DNA from: an uncultured delta proteobacterium
GTDB lineage: Bacteria > Myxococcota > Myxococcia > SLRQ01
NCBI GenBank assembly: GCA_963727485.1
Contig: CAVSGM010000001.1
Location: 544,001 to 608,000, forward strand
Length of the DNA stretch: 64,000 nucleotides
Direction: 5' to 3'
The translations under genes and the position numbers were made by a program. Of this stretch, positions 29,734 through 39,289 are shown piece after piece; positions within the stretch are counted from its first letter, which is position 1, and each line of letters starts with the position of its first letter. Below the pieces are notes generated by a model. That model saw only the letters and a program-made list of their open reading frames with translations. It was not told the DNA's origin and ran no database searches.

Positions 29734-31116
29734 TCAAGGCCGCTTCCTCGTCCCCGGCGCCCGGGGCGGCGCTGTGAGGTCCGCCGCGGTGGGCCCCCGG
29801 GAGACCAGGGCCACCGGCCCCCCCAGGGCCTCCTCCACCGCCGCCACCACCGCCTCGAGGGTCGCCGGCACCGACCGGTAGATCGGCGTCGCCCGGGCGA
29901 GGCGGGCGGTGAGGGCCGCGCGCCCTGCGAGGTCGTCGGGGGGCGCGGCGGCGAGCCACCGGGTGAGGTCGTCGACGCGCTCGGGGGGCCCGCCCGCGCG
30001 TCCGGGGAGCTCGTAGGCCACCGCGAGGCGGAACGCCGGGAGCCGGGGCACCAGGTCCCCATGGGTGAGCACCAGGGCGTCGACGCCGGCGTTGACCGCG
30101 AGGGCGTGGCGAAGGAGGACCGCGTCGAGCCAGCCCAGGCGCACCTTCCCCTGCCAGGGGTTCTCGGCGTTGTGCTCCCCCACCAGGCCCGCGAGGTCCC
30201 CGGTCTCGGTGGGCAGGGGACCGGCGCCGTGCCGCGGGAGGTGGGTGCGCAGGACCCCGAGGCGGCGGACCTCGGCGTCGGGGGCGAAGCGGGCCAGAAG
30301 GTCCAGGGCCCCGCGGGAGGTGCAGTCGGACCAGGTGGTGTGGGGGTGGAGGCCATGGTCGCCGTCGAGGAGCACCCCCTGGGCGCCCTCGAAGACCAGG
30401 GCGGGCGCCTCGGCGAGCCACCGGGCGAGGGTGGCCGCGTCGCGCACCGCCGAGGCCACGGTTCCGGCCGCGGCGATCCACCGCTGGGGCACGCCCGGGT
30501 CCTCGAGGATCGCCCGCTCGTCGCGGGCGGCAACCGTGTCCGGGCGCGCGCCCGCCAGGGCCCCCAGGGCGTCGAGGGCCCGGGCCCGCTGCCGCGAGAG
30601 CTTCCGCGTCAGGACCGCCGGGGCCCGAAGATCGCCGGCGCGCACCGCGTCCTCGGGGAAGGCCAGGGCGTCCGCGACCGTCTCCCCCACGCCCACCCCG
30701 CAGCTCCCGTGGCGCGCTTCCCCCCTCGCCAGCTCCCGGAGGCGGTTGAGGGCCTGGTGGTAGGGCGTGATCACCCGGCAGTCGGCGCTCACCGCCAGGC
30801 GGTCGAGGGCGTCCGGCACCCCCAGGTCGGCGAGGCGCCGCGCCTCGACCCGAAGCGCCGTGGGATGCACCACCACCGGCGCCGCGAGGACGGTGCGGGT
30901 CCCGGCGACGAAGGTCCCGGCGCCCAGCTGGGCGAAGGTGTGGGCGCGGCCGTCGGGGGCGACCACCCGGTGGCCCGCCTGGGCGCCGCCGTTGTACCGC
31001 ACCACCACCGTGGCCCCGGTGGCGCGGACCAGGTGGTCGGTGACGAGCCCCTTGCCCGCGTCCCCGAAGCCGAGATCGACCACCACCGAGGCGCGGCGCG
31101 CGCCCCGCCGGCTCAT
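29734..31116 (-). CDS. Divergent adenylosuccinate synthetase-like protein
   Basis: DLGFGDAGKG, RYNGGAQAGH, FEGAQGVLLD, RHGAGPLPTE, GWLDAV; aspartate loop and TKLD motif altered. Confidence 0.85.
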   Translation of the reverse strand: MSRRGARRASVVVDLGFGDAGKGLVTDHLVRATGATVVVRYNGGAQAGHRVVAPDGRAHTFAQLGAGTFVAGTRTVLAAPVVVHPTALRVEARRLADLGVPDALDRLAVSADCRVITPYHQALNRLRELARGEARHGSCGVGVGETVADALAFPEDAVRAGDLRAPAVLTRKLSRQRARALDALGALAGARPDTVAARDERAILEDPGVPQRWIAAAGTVASAVRDAATLARWLAEAPALVFEGAQGVLLDGDHGLHPHTTWSDCTSRGALDLLARFAPDAEVRRLGVLRTHLPRHGAGPLPTETGDLAGLVGEHNAENPWQGKVRLGWLDAVLLRHALAVNAGVDALVLTHGDLVPRLPAFRLAVAYELPGRAGGPPERVDDLTRWLAAAPPDDLAGRAALTARLARATPIYRSVPATLEAVVAAVEEALGGPVALVSRGPTAADLTAPPRAPGTRKRP

Positions 31117-32015
31117 CTGCGCCCGAGGCTGTCGGCGAAGGGCGTCAGGGCCTTCACCACCCGGCGGAGGCGCCCGTGCTCGAGGCCGGCGCCCTCGAGG
31201 AGCCCGGAGAGCGCCTTGCGGCTCTTCGCCCGCCCCTCGGCGAGGGCGATGGCGCCGGCGGCGGCGAACGCCGTGTCCTCGGGGGCGTCGAGGCAGATCA
31301 CGTGGTCGCCCAGGAGCCCGCGCCACCGGGGCTCGCAGTGGCTCCGGCGGCGCTGATCGGGGATGAGGAAGAAGGGGTGGTAGTGCTTCTGCACCTCGGC
31401 GACAATCTCCTCCACCGGGATGTCCTCGTCGAGGCGGTCGCCGAGGATTCCGTCGGCGACGGCCGGGGACAGGGCCGGGTAGGGGTCCTCGTCACCGGTG
31501 AGGAAGGCGTAGCCGCGCCGCCCCCGCTTCACCGCGCAGTCCATCTCGGTGTGCTGGGCCAGGAAGTAGAGGGCGAGCTCGTAGCTCTCCTCGCCGTAGG
31601 GCCCGCCGGCGCCCTCGAGGTAGCTGCGGGTGAGCCAGCCGTCCATGAGCTCGGCGGTGGACTCGAACTGGCCCACCTGGAGCGGGGCGGTGTCGCTGTA
31701 GGCGTCGCCCACGGCCATGAAGAGCACCTGGGGATCGGCGACGCCGCTCTCGGTGAGGACCTTCATGAAGCCCGGGAGGTGCACCGTGGCCAGCTCCCTG
31801 GGGATGTCGCCCATCGACCCGGTGACGTCGAGGGCGAAGACCACGCCCAGGGAGTCGGGGTGGTCGTCACTGTCCCGGCACTCGCGGACCAGGACCCCCT
31901 TGGGGTTCATCAGCGGGTGGCACTGGGTCTCGCGGAAGACCTCCTGGATGGGGAGGCTGGAGCGGGCGCGCAGGAGCGCGGCGTGGGCCTCGTGGCTGTA
32001 GTCTCCGTATCCCAT
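31113..32015 (-). CDS. vWA-domain protein
   Basis: FALDVTGSMG MIDAS motif, GEESYELA, FLTGDE; ATGA overlap with PurA-like gene. Confidence 0.85.
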   Translation of the reverse strand: MGYGDYSHEAHAALLRARSSLPIQEVFRETQCHPLMNPKGVLVRECRDSDDHPDSLGVVFALDVTGSMGDIPRELATVHLPGFMKVLTESGVADPQVLFMAVGDAYSDTAPLQVGQFESTAELMDGWLTRSYLEGAGGPYGEESYELALYFLAQHTEMDCAVKRGRRGYAFLTGDEDPYPALSPAVADGILGDRLDEDIPVEEIVAEVQKHYHPFFLIPDQRRRSHCEPRWRGLLGDHVICLDAPEDTAFAAAGAIALAEGRAKSRKALSGLLEGAGLEHGRLRRVVKALTPFADSLGRR

Positions 32016-32038
32016 GGGCTTGGGACTCCTTCCGGGGG

Positions 32039-33058
32039 TCAGGGGTCGGTGGGCAGGACCAGCGGGTGGAAGCTCGGGGCGCCGAAGCACGCGCGGGCGA
32101 GCTCGCCCACGGTCTCCCGGAGCTGCCAGGCGGTGACGGTCCGGCCCGGTGGGGGATCGTCCGCCGCCACCTCCGCCAGGAGCCCGGCGAGGGGGGCGGG
32201 GATGGTGTCCGGGACCCGGCCGGAGCGGCCGTCGCCGCCGAGGGCGAAGGCCACGCAGCGGGCGCTCATGATCAGGTCGGCGCGGCGGCTGCGCACCTCG
32301 GGGCCGTCGGGGTAGAGATCCGGGTGGCGCGCCGGCGCCCGCTCGACCTTCGTGCCCTCGGCGCCGGCGTGGACGAAGCCGGCGAGGCGGGCCCCGTGCT
32401 CCCCGTCCTGCACCAGCACGTGCTGGGGGAGCACTGCGCCGTGGCACACGCCGTGCTCGTGGACGACGTGGAGGATCTCGAGGAGCCGGCGCCACAGCCA
32501 CGGCCCCACCTGGGGGGCCACGCCGCCGGGCCAGGCCGCCCGGACGTCCTCGAGGGTGTGGACGAAGCCCGGCGTCCAGCGGAACACCGCCCCGTAGCCG
32601 CCCGCGTGGAGGTCGTGGAGGGGACCGGCGGCGACGGGATCGGGGAGGCGCCGGGCGAGCTCGGGGGCATCGGCGGCGACCTGGGCCTGGAGGCGGCCGG
32701 TCAGCGCCACCTCGTGGTCGAGGCGCGGGGCGTCGGCGGCATCGCGCAGCACCTTGAGGAGCACCCGCTCCGAGGGGAAGCGCGCCCGCTCGGCGAGGTA
32801 GACCACCGAGGTGTCGCCCTCGGCGAGGCGGCGCAGGGGCGCGTAGTGGACGCCCTCGAGGGTGGTCCAGGTGTCGTAGCCGTTTGCCGCCGGGTCGTTC
32901 CAGGCCTCGAAGGCCGCCCGGAACCGCGCCCGGCTCACCACCGAGGGATCGAGGCGGACGGTGGTGCCGCAGAACTCGCAGACGGTGCTGCGGGCGAAGC
33001 GGCTGGGCGGGGTGAGGGCGGCCCCGCAGCGGGGGCACTCGAGGACCGAGGCGTTCAC
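32039..33058 (-). CDS. Zn-ribbon + protein-kinase-fold protein (likely pseudokinase)
   Basis: CPRC..CEFC; LAEGDTSVVY, VLLKV, HGAVLPQHVLV in place of HRDxKxxN. Confidence 0.75.
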   Translation of the reverse strand: MNASVLECPRCGAALTPPSRFARSTVCEFCGTTVRLDPSVVSRARFRAAFEAWNDPAANGYDTWTTLEGVHYAPLRRLAEGDTSVVYLAERARFPSERVLLKVLRDAADAPRLDHEVALTGRLQAQVAADAPELARRLPDPVAAGPLHDLHAGGYGAVFRWTPGFVHTLEDVRAAWPGGVAPQVGPWLWRRLLEILHVVHEHGVCHGAVLPQHVLVQDGEHGARLAGFVHAGAEGTKVERAPARHPDLYPDGPEVRSRRADLIMSARCVAFALGGDGRSGRVPDTIPAPLAGLLAEVAADDPPPGRTVTAWQLRETVGELARACFGAPSFHPLVLPTDP

Positions 33059-33212
33059 GGGCGAGGGAACCCTACCAGATCCCCGGGCGGCCCTCTGGGG
33101 GAGGTCACGGGGACGGCGCCGGCGCTTTGACCGCAGCTCGGCGACCCGGCTATCGTCGGCACCTTGGAGCCGGGGGGCTAAAGAACATCCAGCACCTGCC
33201 GAACCAGGAGGC

Positions 33213-34172
33213 ATGATGCCGAGACCCGCAGCGCCCGTTCCCCCGGCCCCGGTCGACGAGGAGGCGGAGCTCCAGCGCCAGGAGACCGAGCTCGCCCGGC
33301 GCGAGGCCGATCTCGCCGGCCGCGAGGAGGCGGTGGCCGCGGCCCTGGGGCGGGCCCAGGCCCGCTTCCAGGCCCTGGAGGAGAAGCTGGTGGTCCTCGC
33401 CCGCGACGGGGCCCCCGGTGCCGACGCGCTCCTGGGGCGCCTTCCGTCCCTGGCCCCGCCCCCGGGAAGCCGGGATCGCGAGGCCGCCCGCCAGGCCCGG
33501 CGCCAGGCCCTCGCCGCCCGGGCGGCCGCCCTCTCCCACCGGGAGCAGGCCGCCGGGCTCATCTCCCAGTCCCTCGCCGGGGCGGTGAAGCAGATCGAGG
33601 CCGGGGAGACCGAGGCCGGTCGCCTCGCCCAGGCCCAGGACACGGCCCGCCAGCAGGCGGCGGCCCAGGCCCAGGCGGCGGCCCAGGCCCAGGCGGCGGC
33701 CCAGGCCCAGGCGGCGGCGCCCAGGCCCAGGCGGCCGCCCGGACCGCGCCGGCGATCCCCGCGGCCGCCGACGCGCCCCACGGCACCCCCATCGCCCGGA
33801 TCCACCCCCAGGCCCCCGACCGGCCCGGGCCGCCTCGCATCGCCCCGCGGGTGCGCCTCGACGCCCAGGTCGACCTCCAGGGCGACACCAACTTCTACGT
33901 CGGCTTCGCCCAGAACGTCTCCGCCGGCGGCCTCTTCGTCGCCTCCTTCGACTTCCACCCGGTGGGCACCGAGGTCGACGTCGCCTTCGCCCTCCCCGAC
34001 GGCACCCGGATCCAGACCCGCGGCACGGTGCGCTGGGTCCGGGAGGTGAACGACGCCACCCCCGACGTCTGGCCGGGGATGGGCCTCGAGTTCCAGGCCC
34101 TCCACCCGGAGGCCGAGGCGGCGATCCAGCGGTTCATCGCCGAGCGCGAGCCCCTCTTCTACCCCGACTCGA
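33213..34172 (+). CDS. Coiled-coil + PilZ (TIGR02266-type) protein, frameshifted
   Basis: AGGAGG RBS; (AQAQAA)n linker; PRVRL..NFYVGFAQNVSAGGLFV..VRWVR..GMGLEF..REPLFYPD; frame change near 33720-33840; stop not clean. Confidence 0.75.
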
Positions 34173-34189
34173 TCCCCGTCGCGCCGCAT

Positions 34190-34519
34190 GCCCCTCGGAC
34201 CCACGGGGTCCAGCGCCGCGGCGACGGCGGCGGCCTCACGGGCGAGGGCCGCGACGTCGATCCCCGCGGGGGTCCCGTCGACCCCGGCGAGGGTGTCGGC
34301 GCCCCGGGCGAGGACCCGCCGGGCGCCGACCCGGTTGCCCCGGGCGAGGTGCACCCAGCCGGCGGCGACCTGGGCCAGCCCCTTCCACAGGGGCCGCTCG
34401 CCGGCGGGGGTCGCCGGGTCACGCCACCTCGCCTCGAAGGCCTCGTGGGCCGCGAAGGGCCGGCCCGCCTCGAGGTCGGCGAGGGCCGCGCGGGCCCGGG
34501 GATCGGGGGTGGCCCTCAA
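34190..34519 (-). CDS. DUF309-family protein (3' end uncertain)
   Basis: FAAHEAFEARW..LWKGLAQVAAGWVH..RGN..GA signature; TTG start overlapping the upstream stop. Confidence 0.75.
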
Positions 34520-35283
34520 GGCGCCTCGAGGCCCGCGAGGAACTCGAGGAGCACCGCATCGAAGGCCAGTGGCCGCTCCAGGCTCGAGAGGTGGCCCGCC
34601 TCGGGGATCACCTCCAGCCGGGCGCCGGGGATGGCGCCGGCGAGCTGCCGGGCGGTCTCCGGTGGCGTGAGGGTGTCCTCGGCGCCGACGACCACCAGGG
34701 TGGGCACGTCGATCTCCGGGAGCAGCGGGGCCGAGTCCGGGCGGTCGCGCATGGCCTCGAGGGCCCGGGCGACGCCCTCGGGGTCGGCGCCGGCCACCCG
34801 GTCGCGCACGCTTTCGACCACCGTGGGCCGCTGGTGGCGGCTGGTCTCACCAAGGAGCGCCGGGACCAGGGTGTCCGGGAGCCAGGCCACGCCCTCGGCC
34901 CGGGCCCGGGCCGCCTGGGCGGTGCGCCGGGTGCGGCCCGGGTCGTCGTCGGCCTCGGCGCGGGTGTCCACCAGCACCAGCGCCGCGACCCGGTCCGGGT
35001 GCCGAGCGACGAGGCGCAGGGCCACGTAGCCGCCCAGGGAGCAGCCCACCACCACCGCCCGATCGAAGCCCGCGTCGTCGAGGTCCCGGACCACGGTGTC
35101 GGCGAAGGACCCGAGGTCCGCGGCCCCCGGCGCGCGTCCCCCGAAGCCCGGGAGGTTCGGCGCCAGGGCGGGACCGAGGCGACCCAGGCTGGCGAGCTGC
35201 GGCGCCCACATGGTGCCGTCGAGGGGGAAGGCGTGGAGGAGCACGACGGGAGGTCGACCGGCCATGCCGGGACCATAGGACAT
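34516..35283 (-). CDS. Alpha/beta hydrolase (enol-lactonase-like)
   Basis: LLHAFPLDG, GCSLGG, VGAED, AGHLSSLE. Confidence 0.9.
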   Translation of the reverse strand: MSYGPGMAGRPPVVLLHAFPLDGTMWAPQLASLGRLGPALAPNLPGFGGRAPGAADLGSFADTVVRDLDDAGFDRAVVVGCSLGGYVALRLVARHPDRVAALVLVDTRAEADDDPGRTRRTAQAARARAEGVAWLPDTLVPALLGETSRHQRPTVVESVRDRVAGADPEGVARALEAMRDRPDSAPLLPEIDVPTLVVVGAEDTLTPPETARQLAGAIPGARLEVIPEAGHLSSLERPLAFDAVLLEFLAGLEAP

Positions 35284-35286
35284 CCG

Positions 35287-36924
35287 TCAGGGCGATGCCG
35301 GCGCCCGGGGCAGGGTGAGGGTGAAGGTGGTCCCGGCCTCGGGGTCGCTTGCGGCGTCGAGCCGGCCACCGTGGGCGGCGGCGCACCCCTGGACCAGGGT
35401 CAGGCCCAGGCCCAGGGCCCGGCGCGGGGTGCCCCGGGTGACGGGCGCGACCAGGGCCCGGAGCTGATCGGCCGGGAGGGGCGGGCCGGCGTTGGTCACC
35501 GATATCGCCACCTGCTCTGGGGTGCCCCTCACCGCGAGCCGCAGGGGCTGCCCCCGGGTCCCGTGGTGGCAGGCGTTGTCGATGAGGTGCCGCACCGCCC
35601 GGCGGACCAGGTCGGCGTCGAGCTCCGCGTTGGTGTCCCCGGTGACCTCGAGGTCGATCCCCCCGCCCTCGGAGGCGGCGAGGGTCGCCACCAGCTCTCG
35701 GACCAGCTCCCCGACGTCCACGGCGGTCGGTCGCAGGGGCAGCCGCTCCCCGGCGCCGACCCGGTTGGTGAGGAGGACGTCCTCGAGCTGCCGATCGGCG
35801 GCGTCCACGCTCCCGGTGATCCGCGCCGCCAGCTTCGCCGTCCGGGGGGCGTCGTCGGGGCGTCCCTCGATGGCCTGGGCGGTGAGGCGGATCGCCGCCA
35901 GGTGACCCCGGAGATCGTGTCCCAGGTGGCTCACCGCCTCCTGGCGCAGGCGCACCTCGCCCTCGAGGCGATCGACGAGGGCGAGCCGCGTCTGGTCGAG
36001 GCGGGCGAGGTCGAGGAACACGGCCACCCGGCCGGCGAAGCGTGCGAAGCGCCGGGTCTCGAGGAAGCCGAAGCCGCGCGGCCGCGTCGAGGTCACGTAG
36101 ACCACCCCCAGGGGCCGCCCCCGGGAGAAGAGCCGCGCCGCCAGGCCGTCGACCATCCGGTTCTGGCGCAGGGCCCGGGCCACCGCCGGGGCCTCGTCGG
36201 TGGCCGAGAGGACCCGGGGCGCGTCGTCGCCGGTCACCAGGTCCACCAGGGCCGGATGGCCCAGGGGCTTGGGATCCGGCAGGCCCCGGGCGGCGGCGAG
36301 GGCGAGCTGGCCGCTGTCGGTGTCGAAGAGGAAGAGGGCGCCGGCGGAGGCCCCCACCGACTCCAGGAGGGCGTCGAGGGCCGGGAGGATCCACCTCGGC
36401 GGCGACTCGACGCCGTCGCCGTGGGACACGTCGTCGAGGCGCCGGAGGAGCCGGCGCTCGGCGGCGATCCCCGCCTTCACCCGCTCGAAGAACACGCCCA
36501 CGGTGGCGGCGCAGGTGGCCCCCACCGCCAGCTGCAGCCGGCTCATCTCGGCCGGGGACGGCCGCGCGTCCTCGGGGAGGGCGCCGAGGACCTCGACCAG
36601 CACCTGCTCCAGGACCAGATGCTCGGCGACGCTCTCCTCGAGGTCGAAGCCCGGGCGCAGCTCGCTGGCCTGGTGGGCGCGGTGGAGCGCCGCCAGCGCT
36701 GGCGCGTCCTCGGGCCCGTTCTCGAAGACCTGGGCCAGGTCCGAGAGCAGGGCGCCGAGGTGGTCCGCGAGCTCCAGGCGGGTCACCCCCCGGGCGGACG
36801 CGGCCCGTCCGGCGACCTCGCGCCACCGGTGGCGGATCTCCCCCTCGTGGGCGCCGAGGACGGCGGCGAGCCCGGGCATGTGCACCTCCGCTGCGAGCCT
36901 AGGGCCCGTTCCGGCGGTCGCCAC
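35287..36924 (-). CDS. Sensor histidine kinase (RsbRD-N-like + GAF + HisKA + HATPase)
   Basis: GHDLRGHL H-box, HLIDNACHHG N-box, GLGLTLV; start may be ATG at 36879. Confidence 0.85.
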   Translation of the reverse strand: MATAGTGPRLAAEVHMPGLAAVLGAHEGEIRHRWREVAGRAASARGVTRLELADHLGALLSDLAQVFENGPEDAPALAALHRAHQASELRPGFDLEESVAEHLVLEQVLVEVLGALPEDARPSPAEMSRLQLAVGATCAATVGVFFERVKAGIAAERRLLRRLDDVSHGDGVESPPRWILPALDALLESVGASAGALFLFDTDSGQLALAAARGLPDPKPLGHPALVDLVTGDDAPRVLSATDEAPAVARALRQNRMVDGLAARLFSRGRPLGVVYVTSTRPRGFGFLETRRFARFAGRVAVFLDLARLDQTRLALVDRLEGEVRLRQEAVSHLGHDLRGHLAAIRLTAQAIEGRPDDAPRTAKLAARITGSVDAADRQLEDVLLTNRVGAGERLPLRPTAVDVGELVRELVATLAASEGGGIDLEVTGDTNAELDADLVRRAVRHLIDNACHHGTRGQPLRLAVRGTPEQVAISVTNAGPPLPADQLRALVAPVTRGTPRRALGLGLTLVQGCAAAHGGRLDAASDPEAGTTFTLTLPRAPASP

Positions 36925-36936
36925 CCGGGCCGCCGG

Positions 36937-38100
36937 TCACCCCTCGACGAAGCTCTCCTGGTAGCCCGCATCCTCCACGGAGACGGCCGCCTCGGTGAGC
37001 TCGAGGGGCCTCACGCAGTCGAGCATCACCGCCAGCTCGCTGGTCTGACGGTGGCCGATGCTCCCCTCGTAGGCGCCCGGGTGGGGGCCGTGGGGGAGAC
37101 CCGCAGGGTGGAAGGAGATGCTCCCCGGCCCGACCCCGCGCCGGGAGGTGAAGTCGCCGCGGACGTAGAAGAGGAACTCGTCCACGTCGACGCTGGAGTG
37201 GGGGTAGGGGCAGGGGATGGCGTCGGGGTGGAAGTCGACCATCCGCGGGACGAAGCTGCAGATGAGCGCGCCCCGGGTGCCGAAGGTCCCGTGCCAGGTC
37301 GGCGGCAGGTGCACCAGCCCCGCGCGGGGCTGGAAGTTCAAGATGGGGAAGATGAAGGGGTAGACGCTCCCGTCCCAGCCCACGACGTCGAGGGGCGAGT
37401 GGTCGACGGTGAACCCGTGGAAGGCGCCGGCCTTCTTCACCACCAGCTTCCGGATCCCCTCGTCCATGGGCCCCAGGTGCTCGGGGCGCTTGAAGTCCCG
37501 GGCGCAGTAGGGCGCGTCCATCTTCAGCTGGCCCACCTCGTTGCGCCACTGCTCCAGGAGGTGCAGGGCGCCGAGACACTCGATGGACAGCCAGGTCTGG
37601 CGCACGCCGTCGTCGGGGATGAAGCGGTGGGGGAGGCCCCGGGGCACGGCGACGTAGTCGTCGGCCTGGTAGCGCAGATCGCCGAGGACCGAGCGCAAGG
37701 TCCCGGTGCCCTCCTGGACGAAGTAGAGGTCGTCGCCGTCGGCGTTGGCGAAGTACACCGGGTCGGCGGCGTCCGGGGTCACCAGGGAGAGGACCACGTC
37801 GTCGTTGAACATCAGCGGCACCCGGGCGTCCACCGGCGCCCCGCCCCGGCGCTCGAGCTCCGGCGTCCGGAAGTGGCGCTTGGCCAGCGGCCTCGGCGCC
37901 GCCGCCTGGGGGAGCGTCCACCCGTGCTCCGCCGGCCCCAGGTGGTGCTCGTGGGGCCGACGCAGGTGGTAGGCGATGGTGTAGGGGCCGTCGAAGCCGG
38001 CGCGGGTGATGCACTCCTCCCAGCGCAGGTTCCCCTCGGCGTCGCGGAAGGCGATGTGGTGCTTGGGCGGCACCTCTCCTCGGACGATCCGGTCGAGCAT
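36937..38100 (-). CDS. hmgA: Homogentisate 1,2-dioxygenase
   Basis: NADGDDL, HSPLDVVGWDG, HLPPTWH, PYPHSSVDVDEFLFY, HPAGLPHGPHPG. Confidence 0.92.
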   Translation of the reverse strand: MLDRIVRGEVPPKHHIAFRDAEGNLRWEECITRAGFDGPYTIAYHLRRPHEHHLGPAEHGWTLPQAAAPRPLAKRHFRTPELERRGGAPVDARVPLMFNDDVVLSLVTPDAADPVYFANADGDDLYFVQEGTGTLRSVLGDLRYQADDYVAVPRGLPHRFIPDDGVRQTWLSIECLGALHLLEQWRNEVGQLKMDAPYCARDFKRPEHLGPMDEGIRKLVVKKAGAFHGFTVDHSPLDVVGWDGSVYPFIFPILNFQPRAGLVHLPPTWHGTFGTRGALICSFVPRMVDFHPDAIPCPYPHSSVDVDEFLFYVRGDFTSRRGVGPGSISFHPAGLPHGPHPGAYEGSIGHRQTSELAVMLDCVRPLELTEAAVSVEDAGYQESFVEG

Positions 38101-39248
38101 CAGGCGCGGCGCTCCTTCATCTGCTCGCGCTCGATGCTCTCGAAGAGGGCGCGGAAGTTCCCGGCGCCGAAGTGGTCGTCGCCCTTGCGCTGGATGAGCT
38201 CGAAGAAGAAGGGCCCGGCCTCGCTCTCCTTGTAGAGGCCCGCCGAGTCCCGGAGGAAGATCTGGATGAGGTAGGCGTGGTCGGCGGAGCCGTCGACCAG
38301 GATCTCCAGGTCCCGCAGCTCCTCGATGTCCTCGTCGATCTCCTTGATCCCGAGCTTCTCGATGCGCTCGGGGAGCAGGTCGTAGTACGAGCCCGGGGTG
38401 GGCATGAACTCGACGCTGCGCGCCCGCAGGCCCTTCACGCAGCCGACCAGGTCCGGGGTGTGGAGGGCGGCGTGCTGGATGCCCTCGCCGCGGTTGTCCT
38501 CGACGAAGATCCGAATCTGCGAGTCGTGGAAGTTCGGGCGCTCGGGCTCGTTGTTGGCGAACTTCACCCCGCTCTCCGGGTCGTACATCACGATGGAGCG
38601 CAGCCCCGAGCCGGCGTCGCCGCCGCCGACGTCGGTGGTGTGGAACTCCACGTCCCAGAACTGCTTCCAGCCCATGACGTGCTCGAGCCACAGGAGCATG
38701 GGCTTCATGGTGCGGAAGTTGGCGGTGAGGTGGTCGATGTGGGTGAAGCCGAAGGCGTTCTGACCGCCCTGGGGCTCGGCGTGGGACTTCAGGCCCGCGT
38801 AGGTCACCGTCTCGCCCACCCGCTCCACGAACTGGAAGTTGGTGTCGCCGAAGGGGGTGGTGATCGCGAAGGTCTTCACCTCGCCGCCCTCCACCGCCCG
38901 GGTCTCGACGCTGGTGATGGGGGTGCCGCCGTTCCCCTCGATGACCCGCAGGGCCCGGTCGGCGTCCTCGACCTCGAAGACCACGGTGCCCACGCCGTCG
39001 GGGTGGCTGTTCAGGTAGTGCCAGGCCCGGCCACCCTCGCCCACGGGCTCGGAGCAGAGGATGAGGCAGTCGCCGGCCTGGAAGAGGGCCGAGCGCTGGC
39101 GCGAGCGCTTCTCCGCCTCGGGGGTGGAGGCGGCCACCTCGGCGAAGTCCATCTTCTCCTGGTAGAAGCGCCGGGAGCGCTCGAGGTCACGGACGTAGTA
39201 GTGGAGCGACTCGATGCGCTTGATGCCGACGGTCTCGGTGGTGGCCAT
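38100..39248 (-). CDS. hppD: 4-hydroxyphenylpyruvate dioxygenase
   Basis: IDHLTAN, SQI, GIQHAAL, YLIQIF, FFELIQRKG..FGAGNFRALFESIE. Confidence 0.95.
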   Translation of the reverse strand: MATTETVGIKRIESLHYYVRDLERSRRFYQEKMDFAEVAASTPEAEKRSRQRSALFQAGDCLILCSEPVGEGGRAWHYLNSHPDGVGTVVFEVEDADRALRVIEGNGGTPITSVETRAVEGGEVKTFAITTPFGDTNFQFVERVGETVTYAGLKSHAEPQGGQNAFGFTHIDHLTANFRTMKPMLLWLEHVMGWKQFWDVEFHTTDVGGGDAGSGLRSIVMYDPESGVKFANNEPERPNFHDSQIRIFVEDNRGEGIQHAALHTPDLVGCVKGLRARSVEFMPTPGSYYDLLPERIEKLGIKEIDEDIEELRDLEILVDGSADHAYLIQIFLRDSAGLYKESEAGPFFFELIQRKGDDHFGAGNFRALFESIEREQMKERRA

Positions 39249-39289
39249 GGGGTTCCTCCGTTCGCGGTGCGTCAGGTTATCCACTCGGG

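Noticed and set aside
29734..31116. PurZ (Z-genome) or housekeeping purA
   Set aside because: Catalytic Asp retained, unlike PurZ; aspartate loop and TKLD missing, unlike PurA; no phage genes nearby
32039..34519. 826-aa DUF309-kinase fusion ORF
   Set aside because: The middle is antisense shadow of the PilZ gene; an open frame from high GC and local indels
34591..38235. Long ORFs such as 34591-38235 (+), 42503-46345 (-), 1218-3791 (-)
   Set aside because: Antisense or alternate-frame shadows of well-supported genes, with low-complexity R/P/G/A content
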